DNA of 57,488 nucleotides, taken from IMG/VR virus record IMGVR_UViG_3300049170_000057, positions 1 through 57,488 of that record; one strand, 5' to 3'. Numbering within the stretch: position 1 is the first letter of the stretch; the number at the start of each line of letters is the position of its first letter. The notes below the pieces were generated by a model. That model made no database searches. It was not told the origin of the DNA and saw only the letters and a list, made by a program, of their open reading frames with translations. The position numbers and the translations under genes were made by a program. The DNA is from a virus (Duplodnaviria > Caudoviricetes). Shown piece by piece: positions 1-7,945 of this stretch.

Positions 1-54
1 TAAAACGGGTGGAATATGGGGCTCGAACCCACGACCTCCTGAACCACAATCAGG
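1..54. repeat. att site copy (3' portion of tRNA-His)
   Basis: Identical to 57146-57199 (TAAAACGGGTGG...CACAATCAGG); diverges at base 55; may extend left of the window. Confidence 0.95.
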
Positions 55-110
55 GGGTAACTACCATTTAACCACCTATAAAACAATCCCTTATGTATAT
101 CCTACTTCCC

Positions 111-131
111 TATTCTTAAATTATTCTTAAG
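111..131. promoter_or_regulatory. Putative integrase arm-type sites (2 x TATTCTTAAR, 11-bp spacing)
   Basis: The same 10-mer occurs 3 times with 11-bp spacing at 56970-57001, next to the other att site. Confidence 0.65.
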
Positions 132-134
132 TTT

Positions 135-473
135 TTGCATAAAAGAAGAATAGAAAGCACAATTCAACATGCTTTCGTGTTCAAATATACAATTAAGATT
201 AAGAAATTAGAGAGAGTGAAAAACTACACCTTCAAAGCCTATTTCGGTGACCACGACAAAACCGTCGAGATTAGCCATATTCCAGGAGCCGGCGGCTCAA
301 TGATGTTCCATGTTTACCAGGACAAGTATTACATTGCTCAAATATTCATGACTCCTACTGGCTGGAGATGGCATACGCCGGAGAAGGCAGAATTGCAGAT
401 AGATGATCTCCAGGTGTTTATTGAGATAATTGAGAGGGAGTTTTTAGAGGGCGAAGGCACCGGCAAGGCCTAG
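135..473 (+). CDS. Small hypothetical protein (start probably GTG at 216)
   Basis: ORF track; no recognised domain. Confidence 0.6.
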   Translation: MHKRRIESTIQHAFVFKYTIKIKKLERVKNYTFKAYFGDHDKTVEISHIPGAGGSMMFHVYQDKYYIAQIFMTPTGWRWHTPEKAELQIDDLQVFIEIIEREFLEGEGTGKA

Positions 474-941
474 CACCAGCGCAACGGCTATGCCCCGCCA
501 GGTATTCCGACCAGACTTCAACCTATCCCGGTCATTCTCCACACGTTGCATCTCCTGAATAGATTGCCCCAGCTGCGTAGCGCAGGAATCTACCAAGAGC
601 GACATGTTATTCAAAGCTTCCTGATGACGTTTATTAGTGAGCTGAAGTAGATGGTCTCTCTCCTTTTGAATCTGTTCGATGTCCGAGCTGATCCGGTCGA
701 TCTCACCGGTTTGCTTGACATAGGTGCTCAACTTGTTCCGGATCGTCTTAAGCTCCAACCTTTGATCAATCTCACTGTCTAACGTTTGAATCCATACAGG
801 CACCGTTGCAATGGCCGTATCACCGGGGTTTAGAATCTTCGGCATTTTATTCTGAGAGTAGCCGGGAGTGTATGCCATAAACAAAATCGCGGCAAGAAGG
901 GCCAGAAACCCTAATGTAGGTAATATACGTACTAGTCTCAT
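444..941 (-). CDS. Lysis-cassette membrane protein (spanin-like)
   Basis: N-terminal hydrophobic helix, coiled coil, C-terminal hydrophobic helix; last gene of the lysis cluster. Confidence 0.45.
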   Translation of the reverse strand: MRLVRILPTLGFLALLAAILFMAYTPGYSQNKMPKILNPGDTAIATVPVWIQTLDSEIDQRLELKTIRNKLSTYVKQTGEIDRISSDIEQIQKERDHLLQLTNKRHQEALNNMSLLVDSCATQLGQSIQEMQRVENDRDRLKSGRNTWRGIAVALVLGLAGAFAL

Positions 942-1756
942 CGTTTTGCCTCCTTCATTAATTCGTCCAGTATTGCTTTTCTTTCGGCTTCGTTGCTGTA
1001 GTCGATGGGCTTCTTTAGCATCTCTTCCCGGTTTGCCATCTTTGCCGTTCGACGGATCAGAAGACTATCATTCTCCCTCTTTAGTGAGTTTACCACCAGG
1101 TTAATGCTATCCTGAAACTGACGTTGTGCGGAAATAATGCTGTCCTTAGCAACGGAATACTGGCGCTGCTTGTCAACAGCGTTCCGGGATTCAGCATCCG
1201 ATTTACGCATGGCATAGAAGGCGTATCCGCAGCAGAGTATCGCAATTGCCAGAATTATCCACATGTACTGGAATGCTCGCTTGTAGTTGATCACCCGCGT
1301 GACCTCCTTGTCCATCTGCTGCTTCATCTGAACGACATTTTTAGGTGTTTCCATAGATATGATTTTTGTTTTAGTAGGTGTCTTTCCAAGAAGGTCGTAG
1401 AAGAGTTTTAGCTTCATGTTGCTCTGACTGAGGTACACGGCATAGCAAAATAAGATGTTCCATACCTGCCATGATATGTTCTTATGGTTGAGTTCCCAGT
1501 CTATGGAGAGATCCCGAACGGCAAGTGAGAATCCTAAAAGGCACAGGAAACAGAAAAGTATAAATGATCGGTATTTCTGACTTTTAAACGCTCTCTTGAA
1601 CCTCGACCATATAAGACGTCTATCGTGAATAAATCTCTTGTAGTCAATGGTGCCAATGTCTCTACAGAATAGCTTCTGAAAGAATGCTACGGCCAAATAC
1701 CCCATGAGGGTGACATTGATGATCTGTAAGATCAGCTTAAGGGTGATCGTTATCAT
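938..1756 (-). CDS. Multi-pass membrane protein with C-terminal coiled coil (lysis cluster)
   Basis: Several hydrophobic segments; overlaps neighbouring genes. Confidence 0.55.
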   Translation of the reverse strand: MITITLKLILQIINVTLMGYLAVAFFQKLFCRDIGTIDYKRFIHDRRLIWSRFKRAFKSQKYRSFILFCFLCLLGFSLAVRDLSIDWELNHKNISWQVWNILFCYAVYLSQSNMKLKLFYDLLGKTPTKTKIISMETPKNVVQMKQQMDKEVTRVINYKRAFQYMWIILAIAILCCGYAFYAMRKSDAESRNAVDKQRQYSVAKDSIISAQRQFQDSINLVVNSLKRENDSLLIRRTAKMANREEMLKKPIDYSNEAERKAILDELMKEAKR

Positions 1757-2132
1757 TTTTGTTCAATTTCTTTTGGGCTATTCCTAGCGCTGATTTGAGG
1801 AATTCTGTAAGCATCTCCGGTAAATTATTTACAAGTACAGTCATTATAGTAAGCGAAAAGGCAGAGCAGAAGCCAATGATCACACCGGTGAAAGGTTCCA
1901 GCTCAGGCCATAGGGGAAGTATCTGGTAGACCCCTGCCGAAACTGTAAGAGCTACCCCAAAACGCAAAATCAGATTAACGACCCTGGTAGACAACGGCTC
2001 TTTCGTTTCACCCTTTCGGAGGGAGTCGAATGCGGACATGCCGAGGAACCCAATTAGGATAGGCGCTAGTTTAACAAACCCTTTCACTAACCATTCCAAA
2101 AGCAACTTATAGTTATCTTGGTTCTCAGGCAT
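1737..2132 (-). CDS. Holin-like membrane protein
   Basis: About 3 TM segments, downstream of the endolysin; start taken at MPENQ. Confidence 0.55.
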   Translation of the reverse strand: MPENQDNYKLLLEWLVKGFVKLAPILIGFLGMSAFDSLRKGETKEPLSTRVVNLILRFGVALTVSAGVYQILPLWPELEPFTGVIIGFCSAFSLTIMTVLVNNLPEMLTEFLKSALGIAQKKLNKNDNDHP

Positions 2133-2136
2133 GCAT

Positions 2137-2403
2137 TTACTCCTTCTTGTCGAGGGTGTCGTAGTTGGGGTGTTTAACACCAAGCTTCGCCACCGCTCCT
2201 ATTAATGCACCCGCTATAGCAAAAGCAGCCGCAATCTTTGGCAGTAATTCAGGCAAACCGAAAAATGGGATTACTCCAAGAGTAGCAACGGTTGTGCTTA
2301 CACCTGTACACCAAAGGCCAAAATTTTGAAGCTTAATAAAAAAGATCGGACTCTCTGCATTCCAACGGTTCTTTAGTTCAATCCAAAAGTTTATCTGTTT
2401 CAT
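2137..2403 (-). CDS. Holin
   Basis: 88 aa, 2 TM segments, RW-AESP-FF start motif, charged C-terminus, adjacent to the lysozyme. Confidence 0.65.
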   Translation of the reverse strand: MKQINFWIELKNRWNAESPIFFIKLQNFGLWCTGVSTTVATLGVIPFFGLPELLPKIAAAFAIAGALIGAVAKLGVKHPNYDTLDKKE

Positions 2404-2404
2404 A

Positions 2405-3064
2405 TTAAATCAGGATTTGGTTAACGAACTCCATTGTGCGTGGCCCTGCGATTCCATCAGACGTAAGTCCGTGGTATTTTTGGAAGGCTATAACTGCACG
2501 TTCGGTTGCCGGACCATACCAGCCGTCTACCTTCACTCCTATCGCTTTTTGGATATGCTTGATATGCTCATCATACATCAGCTCTGGAGTGAGCTTAAAT
2601 GTTTCAACTTTCTGAGGTTTGAAATATAGATCCGCCTCTCTGTTTCGTCTGGCAAGAAGAATCGGCTTTCCTCCTGCGTTTTTCCACATTTGAAAAGCTT
2701 GGCGGATAGAGGACTGATTCGGATTTTGGTTTACACGCTTAACCAGTGTAGAACCTCGGAATCCGTTTACCCCTATATTATAGCAAAGGCTTGCCATAGC
2801 ATCAAACTGATTATGATTGATGTCGTCCCGGGTATTGGAATAGACCGCCAATTCGTAATGTTTAAGGAGGTTCTTAAAAAGGCTGATTGCGCGTTCGGCA
2901 GTGATCGGAGGATCAGTCATCTTAACCTTTCGTCCATCCTCATAGTAGGTGCTACCAATACCAATGGTCGGAACCTTCACGCTATCCAGATAAGGACGTA
3001 AAACTAGCCCCTCTTCTTTGATAAGAAATTTTAATCCCGCTTCTGATGTTTCCCTGATTTCCAT
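2405..3064 (-). CDS. Endolysin: GH24 lysozyme plus C-terminal peptidoglycan-binding domain
   Basis: EEG...YLDSVKVPTIGIG catalytic motif, QFDA..S..YNIG; PG-binding DGWYGPAT..AV..FQ...GL..DGIAGP; ATG at 3064 preferred because a promoter overlaps the GTG at 3094. Confidence 0.93.
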   Translation of the reverse strand: MEIRETSEAGLKFLIKEEGLVLRPYLDSVKVPTIGIGSTYYEDGRKVKMTDPPITAERAISLFKNLLKHYELAVYSNTRDDINHNQFDAMASLCYNIGVNGFRGSTLVKRVNQNPNQSSIRQAFQMWKNAGGKPILLARRNREADLYFKPQKVETFKLTPELMYDEHIKHIQKAIGVKVDGWYGPATERAVIAFQKYHGLTSDGIAGPRTMEFVNQILI

Positions 3065-3084
3065 TTGCCCTGTTACTTTAATTC

Positions 3085-3144
3085 CAAAGGTCACACTAAG
3101 ATCTTGTGGCGTAAAACCCGTAATCGAAACTTAGACCTATGTTG
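3085..3144 (-). promoter_or_regulatory. Putative phage late promoter (copy 1)
   Basis: Same motif blocks and spacing as 14933-14992 and 32794-32853. Confidence 0.6.
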
Positions 3145-3584
3145 CAAAGAACAGGGAATGAGGGGGAAAGAGGAAGTTATTGGGCTTACTTGGAGGGGGT
3201 GGTAAACTTTAACGTATGGTCTTTTTATCTCATACATTCTGGCACATATGATTGTCAGAAAAACTTTACAAAAATATTTGCAAAAATTTTTAAAAATATT
3301 TTAGCGCATTAGAGCGCATTAGAGCTCACAAATATGTGAGATGGTTCATTCATTCATTCAGTTACCAAATCTTACCAAATAACACCACTTAAAGCAGTAT
3401 TAGCAATGTCTTTTGCTCCATCAACATTATAACCATGCACATTATCACCAATATCAGTACGATTATCTCTAGGTCAAACAACCGCTTCATTATAACCATT
3501 ATAAGTTATATGTTTGTATAGCAAATGTTATACAAAGCCCCATACAATGAAGTGTGAGGCTTATTTTGTAAGAGGTAAAATGAT

Positions 3585-4052
3585 ATGGTAACTACAGCAC
3601 AGGAACAAAATGGAGTGTCTTCACAAGTGAAGGACTTCCTATCGTTTATGAAGCATGAAGTAGATACAAGTCATGACTTGTATAACAACGGTATCAGCAC
3701 TGAGTTAGCAGCTACGATTGAAAAGGCTATTGAAAATCCTTTGAAAGGTCTTATAGATGCTTATAATAGCGTTCATTCTCAGGTGAAGTCGACAATAAAC
3801 AATTATACGCTTGAGTATTTCAAGATTCATAAAGAATTAATCGAAAGAGCGTTTAAAGTTGATTCCACCGATACTCTAACGTACTATATTGTTCTCAAAG
3901 AAGACACGTCGGATAACAGAGACATTTTTTTGAGCTTTTTATCTGGATATGAACTTCTTGGAATAGAGGCACAATTACCTATAATAATCCGATTTTTACC
4001 TAAACGGGTTTTAGATAAATCAGGATTGAAAGACGAGATCCTGTTTAACTAA
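3585..4052 (+). CDS. Moron gene, putative partner/antitoxin of the HEPN protein
   Basis: Own TATGTTTG promoter (3509-3516); TAATG-coupled to the HEPN gene; AT-rich; opposite strand to the late genes. Confidence 0.6.
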   Translation: MVTTAQEQNGVSSQVKDFLSFMKHEVDTSHDLYNNGISTELAATIEKAIENPLKGLIDAYNSVHSQVKSTINNYTLEYFKIHKELIERAFKVDSTDTLTYYIVLKEDTSDNRDIFLSFLSGYELLGIEAQLPIIIRFLPKRVLDKSGLKDEILFN

Positions 4053-4552
4053 TGCAAAAACACCTCTTCCAAGCTAATCATAACCAAAATTTCATCAAAG
4101 ACTGTTCGGCTTCTCACCCTGACACATATTTTGATTGGAAGATCACTGCTACATTTTATACGGCCCTACACTTACTTAGGGCATTCTGCGTTAAAAGAGG
4201 TGTCGATCCTGGGAATACGCATGATTCAATTGAGCGTTCCTTTAACCCGCGGCGATGTAATGGTCATCCTATTACCCAATTTCCCAAACACCTATGGGAA
4301 TGCTACTCTAATCTCAGAAGGTATTCAGAGGACGCTAGGTATAATGGCTTATTGGATCCGGAAGTGGAAAACGAATTACTACGGGACGACCTGAAAGATG
4401 CTAGGGTTAAGTTATCGAAGCTGATGTTTTATTTTAGAAATAATGGAGTTGATTGTGGCTTCGAAGAAGCAGCTGGAGGAGAAAACGGAAAGGAAGAGAT
4501 CGATAAATCAACTTTTAAAGATACAGCGCCAGACGAGCCGGAGATTTTATAG
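4052..4552 (+). CDS. HEPN-domain protein (putative RNase toxin)
   Basis: DW.IT..FYTALH, conserved TH and L...S..ARY pattern of the HEPN family. Confidence 0.75.
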   Translation: MQKHLFQANHNQNFIKDCSASHPDTYFDWKITATFYTALHLLRAFCVKRGVDPGNTHDSIERSFNPRRCNGHPITQFPKHLWECYSNLRRYSEDARYNGLLDPEVENELLRDDLKDARVKLSKLMFYFRNNGVDCGFEEAAGGENGKEEIDKSTFKDTAPDEPEIL

Positions 4553-4556
4553 ACAG

Positions 4557-4585
4557 AAAAGCCACCCCAACCAGGTGGCTTTTTT
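4557..4585. terminator. Intrinsic terminator (bidirectional type)
   Basis: AAAAGCCACC-loop-GGTGGCTTTTT. Confidence 0.85.
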
Positions 4586-4699
4586 GTTTCCCCTCCTGCG
4601 CCTTCTTGTTCGAATCTCGTCGGGAACACAACAATATCCCAAAAATTAGTGAGAAAAATATCTTCTCACTCGCTTATCTTTGAGTAAATCAATTACCTA

Positions 4700-5092
4700 A
4701 TGAAAACGCTCTCTACAATTATCGCTCTTTTTGTTACTTTATCATTCGCCAGCTGCAAGAAAGATGAAATGCTAGGAAGTGACGTTACCTTAACAGTACA
4801 TCACAATACAAATACTCCAGATGCCGGTGCACGGGTTTATCTTTTCCAGTTGAAAGACATGAAGTATGACCCAGACAAAATAATCGACTCACACTGGGAT
4901 AAATATCCTGGTGAAATGGATTATAACTATGCGCAATTTTCAGGCACTATCGGCAACGATGGTAAGGTTCAATTTCGGAAAGTTCCCTTCGGATACTACA
5001 TGATGGCGGTTTATACGAAGAAAACCGCAAGTTATAGGGTAAAGCAAATAACTGTAGGCCCAGATGATAAAACCTACAGTTATAGGTATTAG
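4700..5092 (+). CDS. Lipoprotein moron
   Basis: SPII signal peptide ...SFASC followed by KKDE; TATCTTTG promoter just upstream. Confidence 0.75.
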   Translation: MKTLSTIIALFVTLSFASCKKDEMLGSDVTLTVHHNTNTPDAGARVYLFQLKDMKYDPDKIIDSHWDKYPGEMDYNYAQFSGTIGNDGKVQFRKVPFGYYMMAVYTKKTASYRVKQITVGPDDKTYSYRY

Positions 5093-5097
5093 GTTGA

Positions 5098-7755
5098 TTA
5101 GTTGAGATAACCGCTACAAACCCAGGCGTTCATATCAATAAAGTAGGTGAATGTTCTCCCCCACGATATGCCGGTCATATAGGTATTGACTGCCCAATTG
5201 TCTCCTCTGTCTTTGATTATTCTATTCGGGGATTTTACTTGAAAGGAGGCCCCAAAGCCATTTATTATGATTGGGCGGCCATCTTTCGGTTGATCTGGTA
5301 GGATGATCGAGGCGTTGCCAGTTACAGCGATATTCGTTTCCTCAGTTATAGCGAATGTACCGCCTGAAACAACCGCAGTCTTGACAGAAATATTTTTAGT
5401 CACTACCCGAGGGGTTGTTATCCCCAGGTTATCCATTTCCGATTCTCCGGATGCTCCAACTGTTATTTTGCCATTCGTTTGGATTCCATTTTGGGCTAAC
5501 GATAAATACTTAGACCCAGTATTATTATCCACTCTACCGATCATTATACCAGCTCCGTAAATAGGGATAGCATTATAAGGTGGATCTGGGTTTAGACGAT
5601 ATCCGATTATCGCTGCATCATCATCTATAAGGACGATTTCTTCGTTTGAGGAGTTGAAAAGTTTGATGTTATTATCCGAAGCCGTAATCTCTACCCTTTT
5701 ACCTGTAAGTGCAGTTCTAATATTCTGGACCATCAAATCAATAAAGGCCGCAGCAGTAGCAAGAATTTCCCCTCGGACCGACAACTTACCAGGAACAGTC
5801 ACCCCGTAGTCTATCCCACTCTCCTCATCACCCAGATTGAAGGTACCCGCACTGAGGTCAAAGTAATTATCACCGGTAACATCCTCCACCCTTCCGGTCT
5901 TGATGTTATTTGCAGTTATCCGAGTCCATCCTTGAAGCGTCTGGAATATCCTCTGACCATCAATTACAGAAGACAACACCCCTAAAGGAAAATGATAAAA
6001 AGCCGGATCAGACTCTACACCTACCTTAGAAGCAGATGTAACCACAGATGCAGCATTGGAAACACGAGACGCCCGGATGTAAACATAATACGCTCCAGAA
6101 TCAGGTAACACCACCGAACTTGCATCTACCTGCCAGATACCACCGTTATCAATGTACTCCTCCTGAATAACCTCACCTGCAGAAGTGGCTAACCCGCTGG
6201 GATTATTCCCCACATTGGTTTCAACAACGATATCCGTAGTGTAAGCCCCGCCCTCTCCCACGATCAGGAGCATCTCTCCTCTGAGCGTATCAAGCATGGT
6301 CGATAGTTCAGCAGTTGTACGCCACATAAGCCGCTGACGGGCGATATCAGTCGCCTTGGTGTTCTTGATCGCCTTCTGTATCGCCTTATCATTAATCAGC
6401 TCCTTGACGATGTTAGCAACGCTTGTAGTCTCTGACAATTCAATAGTCACATCATAAGGATCCTGTAAGTTGGTTCGTTTGCTTACCACCCTAATATCCT
6501 TGTCGATGCCGGCCTCAGGATCAGCGATGTTCACAAAGTCCCCTAACTTGATGTTGATATCGTATGTACGCAGGTATCGCCTATCCGTTTCTGCTTCATA
6601 CTGCACGATCGGATCGCTGGTTGCCGCGTATGCTTCCTGCCCTTTGGCTAACAGTTCAGCCTCAGCATTGGCGATATCCACCGCAGGCATGATCACGTCA
6701 AGGAAGATATACTGATCACCAACGGCGGGATGCAACCCATTAGCAGACGGCACTACCATAGCCTGCTCATTCTTATTGACCAGAACGGTTATGGTTTTGG
6801 TTGCATGGTTGTAACCACGTTCTTTGATCTCCAAAATGTACCCAGCTAATTGCCCAGTCAGGAACTTAACCTTTGCGGAAACTCCGTCTACCAGGTGAAC
6901 GTTCAGATCAAAGTCAATGGAGGAGTCCGAGAAGGTTAACTCGTTGGTAACGCTGGTAATCGTTCCTATCCTGCGCGGGAAGACATCTTCAAATACCACC
7001 GTATCTTCGCTAATCCCATACTTTGCCACCTTCGCCGGATCCTCTATAAACTTCTGCCCGCCCGGCATCCTCAGACGCTTGCTAAGCCCCGGATAAGTTG
7101 TAGGTAGGTTCTGCTTACTTCCATAGATATGAAGCCTTGTAACGACCTTACTGCCCGTATTCTTTTGTTGTAACTTAGTCAGCCCTTTACCTTTTCCATG
7201 CCGGAAGCTCAGACCACTATCAGCTCCCTTTTTAGTCAGATGAATAGTGTCATTATCCCACCAGAACTCAGTTTTGAAAGTATCGGCAGCTTTTGCTAAT
7301 GCGGTATTGCAGGTATCACCTGTAAAGTCAAAATCAAGCGTTTCGGTTGCATCAACAACACCCTTTACCCAACCTGCGCCTGTACGGTTCGCATTCTGGA
7401 CGATCAGGTCAACGACGGCGTTTGCGTCTCCTGTGAGGTAGCATTCGTATTCAGTCAGGTTGTTATCCTCATCCAGTCCAAGCATCTGAGCGTCGTTGCC
7501 TTTGTAGGCCTTACTTACGAATTGGAGTTCATAGTTCCATTTCCTGTCGAGGATGAATGCTGCGGGTGCTGATAGGGTGAAGACTTGAGTGCCGATCTGG
7601 ACGGTATCCCCTTTCAGGAATTCGATATAATCTTTCGATTGGTAGGACATTGTCACGACATCGACACCCATCACCGCCTCCTGACGGTTGCCAGAAGGGA
7701 TGATGGAAGCTACTAAGACGTTGTTCCGGTGTATGTGGTAGGTTGTGGGGGTCAT
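5098..7755 (-). CDS. Tail tip / prophage tail protein (Tal/hub-like)
   Basis: VTRLHIYGSKQNLP, KYGISE..VFEDVFPR and LGD.V.I.D motifs of siphophage tail proteins; gene position. Confidence 0.8.
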   Translation of the reverse strand: MTPTTYHIHRNNVLVASIIPSGNRQEAVMGVDVVTMSYQSKDYIEFLKGDTVQIGTQVFTLSAPAAFILDRKWNYELQFVSKAYKGNDAQMLGLDEDNNLTEYECYLTGDANAVVDLIVQNANRTGAGWVKGVVDATETLDFDFTGDTCNTALAKAADTFKTEFWWDNDTIHLTKKGADSGLSFRHGKGKGLTKLQQKNTGSKVVTRLHIYGSKQNLPTTYPGLSKRLRMPGGQKFIEDPAKVAKYGISEDTVVFEDVFPRRIGTITSVTNELTFSDSSIDFDLNVHLVDGVSAKVKFLTGQLAGYILEIKERGYNHATKTITVLVNKNEQAMVVPSANGLHPAVGDQYIFLDVIMPAVDIANAEAELLAKGQEAYAATSDPIVQYEAETDRRYLRTYDINIKLGDFVNIADPEAGIDKDIRVVSKRTNLQDPYDVTIELSETTSVANIVKELINDKAIQKAIKNTKATDIARQRLMWRTTAELSTMLDTLRGEMLLIVGEGGAYTTDIVVETNVGNNPSGLATSAGEVIQEEYIDNGGIWQVDASSVVLPDSGAYYVYIRASRVSNAASVVTSASKVGVESDPAFYHFPLGVLSSVIDGQRIFQTLQGWTRITANNIKTGRVEDVTGDNYFDLSAGTFNLGDEESGIDYGVTVPGKLSVRGEILATAAAFIDLMVQNIRTALTGKRVEITASDNNIKLFNSSNEEIVLIDDDAAIIGYRLNPDPPYNAIPIYGAGIMIGRVDNNTGSKYLSLAQNGIQTNGKITVGASGESEMDNLGITTPRVVTKNISVKTAVVSGGTFAITEETNIAVTGNASIILPDQPKDGRPIIINGFGASFQVKSPNRIIKDRGDNWAVNTYMTGISWGRTFTYFIDMNAWVCSGYLN

Positions 7756-7824
7756 GGAAAAAAATTTCTTCTATAGTGGACAAATAATTGCAATTAATAG
7801 TAAATTTGTATCTAGCCTTATCAC

Positions 7825-7944
7825 GTGAAACAGAGAATCTTAACCATTTGGAGATGCGTCTCAGACGCTCTTCGATCTTTATTTAAGTTACCGAAAGAAA
7901 GATATTCAGAAGATAAAGACATCCCAGACGATATGCTTTGGTAA
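7825..7944 (+). CDS. Unannotated 39-aa peptide (MKQRILTIWRCVSDALRSLFKLPKERYSEDKDIPDDMLW)
   Basis: GTG..TAA frame fills the gap between tail genes; TAAATTTG promoter at 7801-7808. Confidence 0.45.
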   Translation: MKQRILTIWRCVSDALRSLFKLPKERYSEDKDIPDDMLW

Positions 7945-7945
7945 A

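Noticed and set aside
3290-3505. Short tandem duplications (TTAGAGCGCA, TTACCAAAT, CATTATAACCAT, CATT runs) upstream of the HEPN moron
   Set aside because: Irregular and low complexity; no repeat-spacer periodicity, so not a CRISPR array or type III antitoxin array
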